From: Patescibacteria group bacterium
GTDB taxonomy: Bacteria; Patescibacteriota; Microgenomatia; Levybacterales; UBA12049
Assembly: GCA_026004395.1 (NCBI GenBank)
Contig: BPJB01000001.1
Coordinates: forward strand, 161,370 to 225,369
Length of the DNA stretch: 64,000 nucleotides
Reading direction: 5' to 3'
Shown here: one piece after another, positions 18,984 to 29,508 of the stretch
Layout: the number at the start of each line of letters is the position of its first letter
How positions within the stretch are numbered: the first letter of the stretch is position 1
Notes under the pieces: generated by a model
The model's database searches: none
What the model was told of the DNA's origin: nothing
Seen by the model: the letters and a program-made list of their open reading frames with translations, nothing else
Made by a program: the position numbers and the translations under genes

Positions 18984-19349
18984 TTAGATAATAAGTTGTG
19001 TAATCCTAAAAATGAATATTATTGTAATAAGAGTCAAAAGCAAACTGGTAACGCCTAACATGCGTGCAAGAAGGGGAATTTTGTTGTAGAGGAAATTTAT
19101 TAATAACGCATTTAGAATTACAGCAAAAAATGCTACAATGGGGGCAATAAAGAGTTGCCATTTACCCCCTAAACGAGCAGCTCCCCAAGGCATTTGATTG
19201 TAAAGAGGTAAGAAATTAGGAAGATAGCGATATACAAAAATAATATAAAGTAATGATAAAAACAGGAGAAAACATGAGGCAAGTATTGAAAAACTAATAA
19301 TCTTGTCTTTTTTCAAATAATTAATTAATGCGTTCATAAAGATGTACAT
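18984..19349 (-). CDS. Small integral membrane protein (3-4 TM), unknown function
   Basis: A hydrophobic 121-aa ORF wedged between two glycosyltransferase genes. Its stop abuts the WecA-like start. Confidence 0.4.
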   Translation of the reverse strand: MYIFMNALINYLKKDKIISFSILASCFLLFLSLLYIIFVYRYLPNFLPLYNQMPWGAARLGGKWQLFIAPIVAFFAVILNALLINFLYNKIPLLARMLGVTSLLLTLITIIFIFRITQLII

Positions 19350-20817
19350 CTTGAATTACAATCTTTTCTCTATAATTATATAAAGAAAAAGGTAGAGGCT
19401 GTATTCCTGGAAATATTGCAACATATTTAGGTTTGGCTTTTAGAAAAGCTTGTTCTGTTTCTGCAAGCGTTTGCATATTGGTCAGCATATGATATGCAAC
19501 TGTAAATCTCCCTACAGGAAGTTTATTAGATAGCACATATATTTGAGCATTATTTCCCCAGAGGAAGATGGTATCGCTATTTCTGGTATGTCGTTGTAAG
19601 TACAATGCAATTTCTGCATCACGTGGCGCTCTACGATCAAAAAAAGATTGATAATCAGATACTGATTTCTTACCTATTAAAAAAGATATAAAATTGGGGT
19701 AGTAGAGTATCGTTTTAACGATACTCCAATGATTGAAGGATTGGCTCAAAATAACAATTAAAATAATAAATATTAAGGCAAGATATTTTTTGTATTTTGT
19801 ATGGATACTTAAAAGAAGTCCTGGGATAAGAGAGAGACTTGGCAATATGACAAGAAGATAGTGTGTATAAGGTCTTTGAGAGAAAAAACTATTAAAAAGT
19901 GAAAAAACAATCCAAAGAGCTATGAAAAGAGCAGAATAGGGTATCTTTTTTCTGAATAAAATGATTCCCCAAATAAATCCTATAAGAAGAGTAAATTTTA
20001 GTATAAGAAGTCCCTGAGGAATAATAAAGAGATTCTTATATCCCACATATCCTACATTGCTTAAGAATATGGCATGCAGATATGTATAGAGTGCTTTGTG
20101 TTTCAGAAAATAAAAAATCGTGATGCAAAAGGGAACAAGAAATCCAATCAATAATAGAGCAAAAACTTTCCCATATTCCAATAAATATTTTTTAAATGCG
20201 TTAATATTTAGTGTTGTCGGAAGACAAGCTATAAAAAGGAAAAGAAAAAAAGAAGCAAAATCAAAAACGGCTACTGTTTTATAAAGAAAAGACACTCCAA
20301 GCAATAATCCGGCAATAAAAATCCATTTTGCAGATTGTTTTAAATGAGAGTCATTTAAAAATTGTTGAACAATGATCAATCCTGAAGCAATGGTAGGTAA
20401 GAGCATAAAATTTTCAGCATTGGCTATATTACCTTCAATAATCGGCAGTCCAAAAAAAAGAGCAAAAATTAAAGTACTTATCAAAGACGATTTTTTATTT
20501 TGAAAGAGGTGGAGTGAGAGATGGTAAAAAAATAGAAGCGTTAGAATTCCAACAATAGCAGATGTGAATCTTACCCAGAACTGATCTGCTCCCAATAGAG
20601 AATATGTAATATAAAGAAGCGGAGGTTTATTATCCCATATTTGTGTGTAGAGTATTCTTCCTTGATTGAGAGCAGATCCGATCACTTCATATATACCTTC
20701 ATCTCCGTACCAGTAGGGTTCAAAAAATGAGGGAAAACGAAGAGTAAAAAATAAAACACCAATAAGAGATATCGTCCATAATTCCCGGTTTTTTTTTAGA
20801 TCTACTTTATTTTTCAT
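19321..20817 (-). CDS. GT-C fold glycosyltransferase (ArnT/PMT, GT39/GT83-like), polyprenyl-phosphate-sugar dependent
   Basis: …FTLRFPSFFEPYWYGDEGIYEVIGSALNQGRILYTQIWDNKPPLLYITYSL… is an ArnT/PMT-type N-terminal loop, including a DE-like acidic motif. At least 10 TM helices, then a C-terminal soluble domain. Confidence 0.65.
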   Translation of the reverse strand: MKNKVDLKKNRELWTISLIGVLFFTLRFPSFFEPYWYGDEGIYEVIGSALNQGRILYTQIWDNKPPLLYITYSLLGADQFWVRFTSAIVGILTLLFFYHLSLHLFQNKKSSLISTLIFALFFGLPIIEGNIANAENFMLLPTIASGLIIVQQFLNDSHLKQSAKWIFIAGLLLGVSFLYKTVAVFDFASFFLFLFIACLPTTLNINAFKKYLLEYGKVFALLLIGFLVPFCITIFYFLKHKALYTYLHAIFLSNVGYVGYKNLFIIPQGLLILKFTLLIGFIWGIILFRKKIPYSALFIALWIVFSLFNSFFSQRPYTHYLLVILPSLSLIPGLLLSIHTKYKKYLALIFIILIVILSQSFNHWSIVKTILYYPNFISFLIGKKSVSDYQSFFDRRAPRDAEIALYLQRHTRNSDTIFLWGNNAQIYVLSNKLPVGRFTVAYHMLTNMQTLAETEQAFLKAKPKYVAIFPGIQPLPFSLYNYREKIVIQDVHLYERIN

Positions 20818-22307
20818 GCTTTTTCTGTTACTTTATACTCCATTCGTTTTCCCAGCATAAGCTGTGTATGGGAAATGAGAGCAGGAAGTGCTGATAGGAA
20901 AAATCCAACAATTGGAAGCAGAATAAACTCGAAAGGGAAAAAGATTTTACGGCGTAGAGGAAGATTTACATTCTCTGGTCTATTTTTATAATCAATAAAC
21001 AGCATAATCAGCAGTGCTACAACACAGGACGTTAAGATAATTCCTGCCAAGTGAGGAAGACTATAACCCAGAGAGCTTCTGGAGAAAGCAGGGTTAACAA
21101 ACGGCATAATATTTGCCGCAATAGTGATGATAAACCAGTTTACTGGCCAAAGGAAATGATCCAGAAGCACATGATATAACATTACTGTCTTTCTTACAAA
21201 AGGTACATTGGGGACAGTCAGCCACCATTTTACAAAGAGTGGATCATCCGATACTCCCCATGACCAGCGCCTTTCTTGATTATATTTATTTTTTAAGCTT
21301 TTCCAATATCCTCCTGCATATGCAGCATCCATTGATGTTTTTAAGAAAATAGGTTCAACCCATACTTGTCCTTTAAGTTTGAAAAAGGCTTTGAAAAATA
21401 TTCTATAATCCTCAGGAATGACATCAGTGTCCCAAAATCCAATATCGCGAAGCATCTTGAAAGACAAAGAATATGTAGATTGTGTGATCAGTCTATCTCC
21501 TTGGACAAGAAGAGAAATTCTCCAAAGACTGCCAAAGAAGGAAAGAATTCTTATAGGAGCTGGTACTTTCCAGATATTATTGTAAAATACCGTAGCTGAT
21601 TGCCAGAATTTATAATAACGATTGGGATCAGAAAGGAATTTATAACTAAGATACGCGAAGAATTGTTTATCAAACATCGAATCTACATCAACTGATGAAA
21701 CAGTTGCATAATCTATGTCGAGATTGCCCTTTACAAATAATCTCTCGTATGCAATTTTCCCTCCATATGCTTGATTGGAGGATTTTCCTTTGATTTCACC
21801 TTCTTGATCAGGATGATAGGTCGCAAAAATACTGCCAAATTTACCTTTAAATTCTTTGATAAGCGTATTTGCTTTCTGTTTGGCATCTTTTTCTCTTTGT
21901 TCCATTGCTAGAACAATATGAATTTTTTTCAGAGGGAGCGTTTGTCGGGTTAGATTTTCAAGTGTCATGCGCATCTTTTCAATGTTCTCCCGATAATTAG
22001 GAATGACAAGAACGTGATTGATCTTATCGAAATGCTCTAATTTTTTAGCTTTTTCTAGCCAGTTTTCTTTTTCTGCTTTTTTAATTCTTTTTTGAGCTCG
22101 ATAGGCATTGATAACAAGAGAATAGGATTTGTAAAACCAGTAAATATCAAAAAAAAGAATAAAATAGGCAAGAAGCGTAGGTGCAAGAAGTGATCCCCAG
22201 ATGGGAGAGAGAATGGCAGTCCATGAAGCAAGACCTGGAAGAAGTTCAAGAAATCGTCTTGTTTTTATTGGATAACGATAAAAAAGTTTATTGAAAAAAC
22301 TTGTCAT
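20814..22307 (-). CDS. Processive family-2 glycosyltransferase (cellulose-synthase-like, QxxRW), membrane-embedded
   Basis: N-terminal TMs, a GT2 catalytic core (…HVLVIPNYRE…, D-rich …SVDVDSMF…), a QERRWSWG (QxxRW) motif, and C-terminal TM helices. Confidence 0.65.
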   Translation of the reverse strand: MTSFFNKLFYRYPIKTRRFLELLPGLASWTAILSPIWGSLLAPTLLAYFILFFDIYWFYKSYSLVINAYRAQKRIKKAEKENWLEKAKKLEHFDKINHVLVIPNYRENIEKMRMTLENLTRQTLPLKKIHIVLAMEQREKDAKQKANTLIKEFKGKFGSIFATYHPDQEGEIKGKSSNQAYGGKIAYERLFVKGNLDIDYATVSSVDVDSMFDKQFFAYLSYKFLSDPNRYYKFWQSATVFYNNIWKVPAPIRILSFFGSLWRISLLVQGDRLITQSTYSLSFKMLRDIGFWDTDVIPEDYRIFFKAFFKLKGQVWVEPIFLKTSMDAAYAGGYWKSLKNKYNQERRWSWGVSDDPLFVKWWLTVPNVPFVRKTVMLYHVLLDHFLWPVNWFIITIAANIMPFVNPAFSRSSLGYSLPHLAGIILTSCVVALLIMLFIDYKNRPENVNLPLRRKIFFPFEFILLPIVGFFLSALPALISHTQLMLGKRMEYKVTEKA

Positions 22308-22316
22308 ATTCTAGGA

Positions 22317-23150
22317 TCAACGTAGCTTTTTAAAAATAGTATAAACATTTTGAGTCGTCTGTTCTACAAGTATTTCAAGGTCGATATTCTTAAGACGCGC
22401 AATATATTCACCAACAATTAAAACATACTCTGGGAGATTTCGAGTTCCACGATAAGGATGTGGTGTAAGAAAAGGGCTATCTGTTTCCGTCACAATACGA
22501 TCAATAGGTGTAAGCTTTACTAATTCTTTTAACTCAACTGTTTCTCCTGGTGCAAGACCTTTATAAGTTATATTGCCGTCAAATCCTATAAAAAATCCTA
22601 GATCTAGTGCGTCTTTCAATACTTCTTCTGTTGCGGCAAAACAATGGAACATGCCGGGAACATCCATAAGTAAATGTCTTCTCTCTTTTAGCATTGTGAT
22701 AACATCTTTACCAGCAAGTCGGTTGTGGATCTGAAGTGGTAGTTTGTGCTTGTGAGCTAGATTGATTTGTAGATCGAAAATTTCTTTTTGGATATTGGGA
22801 TCAACAATTCCATTTGACTTGTATTGAAAATAGTCAAGACCAATCTCTCCTATTCCAATCACCTTGGGATGGTTTGCCATATCCTCTAAAGCCTTAATCC
22901 AGTCATCGGTTTGAGATACATACTGAGCTTCTCTTTTAAGTTCTACCTTGTCTGCATGATGGGGATGGATACCTACAATAGCAAACAGCTGATTATATTT
23001 TTCTGCAAGCTCTAGCGCACGTTTACTTGAGTCTATCTTCGTTCCCACATTGATAATACGCGTCACTCCTTTAGATAGAGCGCTTTTGATAACAGCATCA
23101 TAATCTTTCTCAAATGAATGAAAATTTAGGTGACAATGAACATCAATCAT
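22317..23150 (-). CDS. tatD: TatD-family metal-dependent hydrolase (DNase)
   Basis: MIDVHCHLNFHSF… and …GEIGLDYF… are TatD signatures. Confidence 0.8.
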   Translation of the reverse strand: MIDVHCHLNFHSFEKDYDAVIKSALSKGVTRIINVGTKIDSSKRALELAEKYNQLFAIVGIHPHHADKVELKREAQYVSQTDDWIKALEDMANHPKVIGIGEIGLDYFQYKSNGIVDPNIQKEIFDLQINLAHKHKLPLQIHNRLAGKDVITMLKERRHLLMDVPGMFHCFAATEEVLKDALDLGFFIGFDGNITYKGLAPGETVELKELVKLTPIDRIVTETDSPFLTPHPYRGTRNLPEYVLIVGEYIARLKNIDLEILVEQTTQNVYTIFKKLR

Positions 23151-23185
23151 ATTTGATAAAAATTTCTCACTAGATATGTACTTAC

Positions 23186-24604
23186 TTATATTCTTGGAAA
23201 AAGCGGTGTAGCACTTTTTATCTCACCCCAAAATTGAGAGAGAATTTTTTCAGAAGTTTCAGGGAGGAATGGTTGCAGGTTAAAAGCAATGTTGCGAATT
23301 TGTTGAATAATATCACTAAGAATTTCTCTTGCTTCGTTTTGCTTAAGAGTCCAAGGTTGAGTATAGTTTAGCTGCTTGTCAATTTTGGCAATTTTTTGCC
23401 AAATTAATTCTAAGGCGGTATTGAATTTAAACTCATTAATAAGATCTTTTATTCTCTTATCGAGGTTTTCCTGTTTATCTTCCCAAATAAGATTATTGTT
23501 TTCTGCAAGTTTAGCAATTCTGGCTACTAAATTACCAAGTCCGTTAGCAAGATCTGCATTGTATGCCTCTTTCAGCTTTTCCTCTGAGAAATCGCCGTCT
23601 TGAAAAGGTGATATTTTTGCTAAGCAATAATAACGCAGAGCGTCGGTTCCGTATTTTTCTACAATATCAACAGGATTGATAACATTCCCTAATGTTTTTG
23701 ACATTTTTTGTCCTTTTACAGTGAAATACTCGTGCACAAAGAGTTTTTTAGGAAGTTTTAGTCCTGCAGAGAGGAGAATAGCCGGCCAATATACGGCATG
23801 GAATCTAATAATTCCTTTACCTATGACGTGGAGGTCTGCTGGCCACCATTTATTATACATTTCTTCATCCCATCCGAATCCGATACCGCTTTGATAGATA
23901 TTCAGTGCATCAAACCAAACATATATTCGCTGTGATGGATCATTTGGTACAGGCACTCCCCAGTTTTTAGCGCGTTGATTACTGCGAGAAATACTAAAAT
24001 CCTGTAATCCTCCTTTTATAAATGAAATTATTTCATTTTTTCTGAATTCAGGGACAATTTCATATTCATTCGCTGTAATAATTTTTAAGAGCTGATCTTG
24101 ATAGCGTGTAAGGCGAAAAAAATAATTTTCCTCTTCTACTTCCTCTAAGGGATTGCCTGGATGTTCTGGACATTCGTTTTTCTCATTTAACTCATCTGCG
24201 GTTTTAAATTCTTCGCATCCGATACAATATAATCCTTTGTAAGATTTTTTATAAATATCTCCATTTTTATTGCAAAGTTCCCATAGTTTTTGACTTGCGA
24301 CGAAATGTCTCTTTTTATCACTTCCTTTTTGAAAGACATCGAAATGAACATTCAGTTTTTTAGCTGTTTCCTCAAAAAGACGCGCATTCTCATCCACGAA
24401 TTCCTGTATGGATTTTCCTGCTTTTTCTGCAGCTTGAACATTTTTTATGGCGTTTTCGTCAGATCCGCAAAGATAGAGGACATCATCTCCAATTATCCTA
24501 TGAAATCGAGCAATAGTATCAGCTTGGATAAACTCGAGAGCATGCCCAATATGAGGGGTTGCATTTACGTAGGGAATGGCACTAGTAATATAAAATTTAG
24601 ACAT
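23186..24604 (-). CDS. metG: Methionyl-tRNA synthetase (short form, no C-terminal tRNA-binding domain)
   Basis: …YITSAIPYVNATPHIGHALE… is the HIGH motif and …KMSKTLGNV… the KMSKS motif. The CxxC Zn knuckle CIGCEEF…CPEH is present. Confidence 0.9.
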   Translation of the reverse strand: MSKFYITSAIPYVNATPHIGHALEFIQADTIARFHRIIGDDVLYLCGSDENAIKNVQAAEKAGKSIQEFVDENARLFEETAKKLNVHFDVFQKGSDKKRHFVASQKLWELCNKNGDIYKKSYKGLYCIGCEEFKTADELNEKNECPEHPGNPLEEVEEENYFFRLTRYQDQLLKIITANEYEIVPEFRKNEIISFIKGGLQDFSISRSNQRAKNWGVPVPNDPSQRIYVWFDALNIYQSGIGFGWDEEMYNKWWPADLHVIGKGIIRFHAVYWPAILLSAGLKLPKKLFVHEYFTVKGQKMSKTLGNVINPVDIVEKYGTDALRYYCLAKISPFQDGDFSEEKLKEAYNADLANGLGNLVARIAKLAENNNLIWEDKQENLDKRIKDLINEFKFNTALELIWQKIAKIDKQLNYTQPWTLKQNEAREILSDIIQQIRNIAFNLQPFLPETSEKILSQFWGEIKSATPLFPRI

Positions 24605-24650
24605 AGCAATGTGGATTGTAGCAGTGTATTAGCTTTAGAGCAAGGGAAGA

Positions 24651-25070
24651 TTATTGTTCCCTCTTGCTTGTAAATAATAACTCAAGTGTTAAAAAAAGTG
24701 CCAGTAGTAACAAAAAGAAAAAGGGGTGGGTCAGATTATTAGCGCGAAAAACAAAATATATCACAGTAAATATACTGAGCAATATTCCATGTTTTCTGCT
24801 CTTTAATAAAAATGCAAAAAAAGAAAAAATAAAAAGCGCCAGTAACATATAAAAGATAATCACCACAGGAATAGATGCGAATTTAATCGAAAAATTCTGA
24901 TAAGGAGAAAGAGTTGTAATTATAATAAGAAGAGCAATAAAAGAAAGTATACTTAATATTAAGAATTTCCATGTGCGCCTCTTTCTTCGCATAGAATAAG
25001 TGTAGCAAATTTTTTTTATTTTAATTAAAAGGTTAATTTTCTTTTTTAAAATATTGACAAAAAATAGCAC
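24651..25070 (-). CDS. Small membrane protein (3 TM), unknown function
   Basis: A hydrophobic 139-aa ORF with no recognisable motif. Confidence 0.3.
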   Translation of the reverse strand: MLFFVNILKKKINLLIKIKKICYTYSMRRKRRTWKFLILSILSFIALLIIITTLSPYQNFSIKFASIPVVIIFYMLLALFIFSFFAFLLKSRKHGILLSIFTVIYFVFRANNLTHPFFFLLLLALFLTLELLFTSKREQ

Positions 25071-25090
25071 TCCTGTTATTATAGTGCTAA
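25054..25090 (+). promoter_or_regulatory. hrcA-grpE-dnaK promoter (TTGACA, 17 nt, TATTAT) overlapped by a CIRCE operator
   Basis: TTGACA at 25054-25059, TATTAT at 25077-25082. CIRCE: TAGCACTC-ctgttatta-TAGTGCTAA at 25065-25090 (consensus TTAGCACTC-N9-GAGTGCTAA), sitting directly upstream of hrcA. Confidence 0.8.
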
Positions 25091-25099
25091 TTTACAACT

Positions 25100-25840
25100 A
25101 TGCATAACCTTACTCAACGCCAAATAGAGATTCTGAAGGCTGTTATTGAAGAATACATAAAAACCGCTGATCCAGTCGGATCAGAAACAATAGAGAAAAA
25201 ATACAATCTTAGTGCATCTCCGGCTACAATCAGAAATGAAATGGTCAAATTATCAGAATTTGGTTATCTGGAAAAACCCCATTCTTCCTCAGGCCGTGTT
25301 CCTACAGCATCAGGAATGAGATTTTATGTTCGTCATCTCATGCGGCCAAAAGAGTTGACAACAGCTGAGGAAGTTACACTTCAGGAGAGAGTGTGGGATT
25401 ATAGAGAGAAAATGCAAAAGTTTTTAAAAGAAGTAACCCGATCTTTAGCCGATAAAACAGGTGCTTTAGCAATTGCGGCAACAAATGAGGGAGATATATA
25501 TGTCTCAGGATATGCAAATATTTTGGAAATGCCTGAGTTTTTTGATATAGATATCACCAAAACATTGCTTTCCGCTCTTGATGAATATGAATATCTTCAT
25601 CAATTATGTCACCGGATGGCTCAATCTGAAGTAGGAGAGGAAATTTATATTCTTATGGGTGATGAATTAGGACAGAGACTGCAAGGACCATACAGTCTAG
25701 TATATACGACATATGAGACAACAATGCATGGATCAGGCGAGATCGGCGTTTTAGGACCTTTACGACTTAATTATACTCTGGTTGTGCCTACCGTGAAATA
25801 CTTTGGTAATCTTATTGAACAAGTAGCAAAAGGATGGTAA
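25100..25840 (+). CDS. hrcA: Heat-inducible transcription repressor HrcA (short form)
   Basis: MHNLTQRQIEILKAVIEEYIKTADPVGSETIEKKYNLSASPATIRNEM… is an HrcA winged-helix N-terminus. The gene lies downstream of CIRCE and upstream of grpE-dnaK. Confidence 0.85.
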   Translation: MHNLTQRQIEILKAVIEEYIKTADPVGSETIEKKYNLSASPATIRNEMVKLSEFGYLEKPHSSSGRVPTASGMRFYVRHLMRPKELTTAEEVTLQERVWDYREKMQKFLKEVTRSLADKTGALAIAATNEGDIYVSGYANILEMPEFFDIDITKTLLSALDEYEYLHQLCHRMAQSEVGEEIYILMGDELGQRLQGPYSLVYTTYETTMHGSGEIGVLGPLRLNYTLVVPTVKYFGNLIEQVAKGW

Positions 25841-26352
25841 TTATGAGTGATATAAAAAATAAACAAGATGAATCACAGCAACAAACATCTAATAATCAGC
25901 AACTTGCATCTTTTGATGAACTAAAAAAACAGATTGAGGAAATCGAAGGCAAGTATAAAAGGGCGTTGGCTGATTATCAAAATCTTGAAAAAAGGGTTAA
26001 AGAGGAACGTGGTGATCTCATCAAAGCAGCCAATCGAGATCTACTCTTGCGTTTTCTGCCAGTTTTAGATACATTACTTATGGCTCAGAAGCATGCAAGT
26101 AGTGAGACGATAGATGTTTGTACACGTCTTTTTCTTGATATTCTAAAACAAGAAGGCGTAACACAAATTAAGACAGTAGGTGAGAAATTTGATCCACATT
26201 TAATGGAAGTTGTAACAACTACTGATGGAAAGGAAGGAATTGTTGTCGAGGAAGCACGCGCAGGTTTTTTATTACATGATAAACTGCTACGTCCTGCGCA
26301 GGTTGTAGTAGGAAGTGGCGATAAAACTCAAAAGAAAGGAGAAGAAAAATAA
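25834..26352 (+). CDS. grpE: Nucleotide exchange factor GrpE
   Basis: …YKRALADYQNLEKRVKEERGD…LLPVLDTL… are GrpE coiled-coil and beta-domain signatures. Position between hrcA and dnaK fits. Confidence 0.85.
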   Translation: MVIMSDIKNKQDESQQQTSNNQQLASFDELKKQIEEIEGKYKRALADYQNLEKRVKEERGDLIKAANRDLLLRFLPVLDTLLMAQKHASSETIDVCTRLFLDILKQEGVTQIKTVGEKFDPHLMEVVTTTDGKEGIVVEEARAGFLLHDKLLRPAQVVVGSGDKTQKKGEEK

Positions 26353-26355
26353 AAA

Positions 26356-28239
26356 ATGGGAAAGATTATCGGTATTGATTTAGGAACAACCAATTCTTGT
26401 GTTGCAGTAATGGAAGGTGGACAACCTAAGGTAATTCACTCTGCTGAAGGACGCAATGTCATTCCTTCAGTGGTTGATCCCATCGCTCGTATTGTTGGAG
26501 ATGTCGCGAAACGACAAATGGTTCTTAAGCCAAAGAGAACGATTTTCTCCGTTAAGCGATTGATGGGACGAAAGTTTGATGATCCATCAGTCCAGGAAGA
26601 CATTAAATGGCTGCCCTATACAGTAAAAGCAGGACGTGATGGAATGGCAGTTGTTGAAGTTGAGGGTAAAACATTTACTCCACAGGAAATTTCAGCCATG
26701 ATTTTGCAAAAAATTAAAGCAGATGCAGAAGCTTATCTAGGTGAAAAAGTAACGGAAGCTGTTATTACTGTACCTGCATATTTTGACGACAGTCAACGAC
26801 AAGCAACTAAACAAGCTGGTGAGATTGCTGGTCTAACTGTAAAACGCATCATTAATGAGCCTACTGCAGCAGCTTTGGCATATGGTTTAGACAAGAAAAA
26901 TGCTCATACAATTGCAGTTTATGATTTGGGAGGAGGTACCTTTGATATCTCAATCCTTGAGCTTGGAGATGGGGTTTATGAAGTAAAATCTACCAATGGT
27001 GACACTCATTTAGGTGGAGATAATTTCGATCAGGTCATTATTGACTATATTGCTGATGAATTTAAGAAAGAACATAACATTGATCTTCGAAAAGACCCTC
27101 AGGCATTGCAACGTTTGAAAGAAGCTGCTGAGAAAGCGAAGATTGAACTCTCCAGCACACAAGAGGCACAGATTAATTTGCCTTTTATTACTCAAGGGCC
27201 AGAGGGACCTCTCCATCTTGTTATGTCTTTGAGTAGAGCCAAACTTGAGCAGCTTGTGGATCATCTTATCCAAAAAACCTTAAAACCAGTAGAGCTTGCT
27301 CTTAAAGATGCAGGAATAACAGCCAAAAATATAGATGAGGTTGTGTTAGTCGGCGGTATGACACGTATGCCCAAGATAGTTGAAACTGTGACGAAATTTT
27401 TTGGAAAAGAACCTAACAAATCCGTTAATCCTGATGAAGTTGTTGCAGTCGGTGCGGCAATTCAAGGTGGTGTCCTTGCAGGAGAGGTAAAAGATGTACT
27501 GCTTCTGGATGTGACACCTCTGACTTTAGGAATAGAGACTTTGGGTGGTGTGTCAACACCTCTTATTCCACGCAATACAACTATTCCTACATCCAAATCA
27601 CAGATATTTTCAACAGCTGCTGACAATCAGACACAAGTTGAGATAAATGTTCTGCAAGGAGAGCGCCCAATGGCAGCTGATAATAAATCTTTAGGCAGAT
27701 TTATTCTAGATGGTATTCCTCCTGCTCCTCGTGGAGTGCCGCAGATTGAGGTAACATTTGACATTGATGCCAATGGTATCTTACACGTAACAGCCAAGGA
27801 TAAAGCAACCGGAAAAGAGCAAAGTATCAAAATTACAGGATCAACTGGTCTTTCCAAAGAAGAAGTTGAGCGAATGACGAAAGAAGCAGAGCTTCATGCT
27901 AAAGAAGATGAAGAAAAGAGAGCAAGGATTGAGGCTCGAAATCAAGCTGACTCTCTAATCTTCACCGCAGAAAAATCGTTGAAAGATGCAGGTGATAAAG
28001 TAAGTGAGAGTCTTAGGAAAGAGGTTGAGGAGAAGATAACATCACTTCGCAATATTCTCGATACTGGATCGAAAGAAGAATTAGAGGCAAAGACCAAAGA
28101 ACTCTCAGAGAGCCTGCAGCAGCTAGGTCAGCAGATGTATGCTCAATCTGGATCAGCAAATGGTGAGCAGAAAGCAGAAGAAAATGAGCAGAAAAAAGAA
28201 GATAAAGACGAACCAGTAGAAGGGGAAGTCGTCAATTAA
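26356..28239 (+). CDS. dnaK: Molecular chaperone DnaK (Hsp70)
   Basis: [13 protein letters not shown]…, [10 protein letters not shown]…, [10 protein letters not shown]… and an acidic C-terminal tail. Confidence 0.95.
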   Translation: MGKIIGIDLGTTNSCVAVMEGGQPKVIHSAEGRNVIPSVVDPIARIVGDVAKRQMVLKPKRTIFSVKRLMGRKFDDPSVQEDIKWLPYTVKAGRDGMAVVEVEGKTFTPQEISAMILQKIKADAEAYLGEKVTEAVITVPAYFDDSQRQATKQAGEIAGLTVKRIINEPTAAALAYGLDKKNAHTIAVYDLGGGTFDISILELGDGVYEVKSTNGDTHLGGDNFDQVIIDYIADEFKKEHNIDLRKDPQALQRLKEAAEKAKIELSSTQEAQINLPFITQGPEGPLHLVMSLSRAKLEQLVDHLIQKTLKPVELALKDAGITAKNIDEVVLVGGMTRMPKIVETVTKFFGKEPNKSVNPDEVVAVGAAIQGGVLAGEVKDVLLLDVTPLTLGIETLGGVSTPLIPRNTTIPTSKSQIFSTAADNQTQVEINVLQGERPMAADNKSLGRFILDGIPPAPRGVPQIEVTFDIDANGILHVTAKDKATGKEQSIKITGSTGLSKEEVERMTKEAELHAKEDEEKRARIEARNQADSLIFTAEKSLKDAGDKVSESLRKEVEEKITSLRNILDTGSKEELEAKTKELSESLQQLGQQMYAQSGSANGEQKAEENEQKKEDKDEPVEGEVVN

Positions 28240-28534
28240 ATCTCGTATTTAATAGATCAGAAAATTCTTCCCTTTTATTTCTGAAGTAACTGCTAAAAAA
28301 AATAGAAGAGATAATTTTTAGACTCATTAGTTCATCTAAACCTAAAATATAAAAACCTCATGATCTATTTAAATTTTATTCCACTAAATTAATCTCTAAA
28401 TGATGTTTGAAGCTTCTTCGTTACAACGATAGACGTAATTTTCAAATTAAGTTGTGCTCCTAAAAAGTGTAGAATGTATTTAAAGTGTTCGCTACTAGCA
28501 GACTAACTTTTTAATTGCTATAATTACTTTACCT

Positions 28535-29422
28535 ATGGCTAATTTAGATTATTATCAAATTTTAGGTGTTCCAAAAACAGCAACGCAGGATGAAATAAAA
28601 AAGGCTTATAGAAAATTAGCTTTGGAGTATCATCCTGATCGTAACAAAAGTAAAGAAGCAGAAGAAAAATTTAAAGAGATCAACAAAGCATATGAAGTGT
28701 TGTCTGATCCTCAGAAAAGACAAATGTACGATCAATACGGATCAGCTGCCTTTGAGCAGGGTGCAGCAGGTGGACCATTTGGAGGTTTTGGAGGATTTAG
28801 ACAACACACAGGTCGTTACGGACCTTTTACCTATACATACTCAACTAATGGTGCAGATTTTGATTTTGGTGGTTTCTCAGATCCTTTTGAGATTTTTGAA
28901 CAGTTTTTTGGAGGAGCATCGCCATTTGGCAGACGCGAGAGAAGACCAGTCTATTCCTTGACTCTTTCTTTCATGGAGGCTGTGAAAGGAGCTCAAAAGG
29001 AAGTAACTATAAACGGAAAGAGGCAAAAGATTAAGATTCCCCCTGGTGTTGATGATGGTACAAGAATTCGTTTTGGAGATTTTGATATTGTCTTTGATGT
29101 TGTTCCCGATCCTCGATTTGAAAGACAGGGCTCTGATGTGATTTCGGAAAAAGAAATCACGTTTCCTCAAGCAGTTCTTGGAGATCAGGTAGATGTTGAG
29201 ACAGTGGATGGAGTAGTAAAAATTCGTATTCCTCCAGGAACACAACCTAATACTTTGATAAGACTCAGAGGAAAAGGAATACCGCACTTAAGAGGTACGG
29301 GAAAAGGCGATCATTATGTTAGAATCAAAGTGGCTATTCCCAGAACAATAACAAGAAGACAAAAAGAACTTCTAGAAGAATTTCAGAAAGAAAGTTCGGG
29401 TAAAAATACTTCTTGGTTCTAA
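28535..29422 (+). CDS. dnaJ: J-domain co-chaperone (DnaJ/CbpA-like, G/F-rich region, no Cys-rich zinc-finger domain)
   Basis: [34 protein letters not shown] carries the HPD motif, followed by a G/F-rich linker ([10 protein letters not shown]). No CxxCxGxG repeats are present, so it is a type-II-like J protein. Confidence 0.75.
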   Translation: MANLDYYQILGVPKTATQDEIKKAYRKLALEYHPDRNKSKEAEEKFKEINKAYEVLSDPQKRQMYDQYGSAAFEQGAAGGPFGGFGGFRQHTGRYGPFTYTYSTNGADFDFGGFSDPFEIFEQFFGGASPFGRRERRPVYSLTLSFMEAVKGAQKEVTINGKRQKIKIPPGVDDGTRIRFGDFDIVFDVVPDPRFERQGSDVISEKEITFPQAVLGDQVDVETVDGVVKIRIPPGTQPNTLIRLRGKGIPHLRGTGKGDHYVRIKVAIPRTITRRQKELLEEFQKESSGKNTSWF

Positions 29423-29508
29423 ACTCCTAATTTGTTGTTTTTTATTTTTTTTCCTTTTATACTTAAATTAATAAATGTACTAAATACAGAATTTTTCTAT
29501 GGAATGAT

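Noticed and set aside
28440-28534. Possible second CIRCE element upstream of the DnaJ-like gene (…TAGCAGACT…ATTGCTATA…).
   Set aside because: It keeps only the TAGCA half-site, and the inverted half does not match GAGTGCTAA. It is not a convincing inverted repeat.
28240-28534. A search for tRNA, tmRNA or other structured RNA in the larger intergenic gaps (28240-28534, 37967-38137, 41950-42154, 42476-42722, 51864-52002, 54169-54306, 63000-63336).
   Set aside because: All of these gaps are strongly AT-rich and contain none of the GC-rich stems expected for tRNA acceptor and anticodon arms. No cloverleaf-compatible segment was visible. Small ncRNAs cannot be excluded without covariance-model searches.
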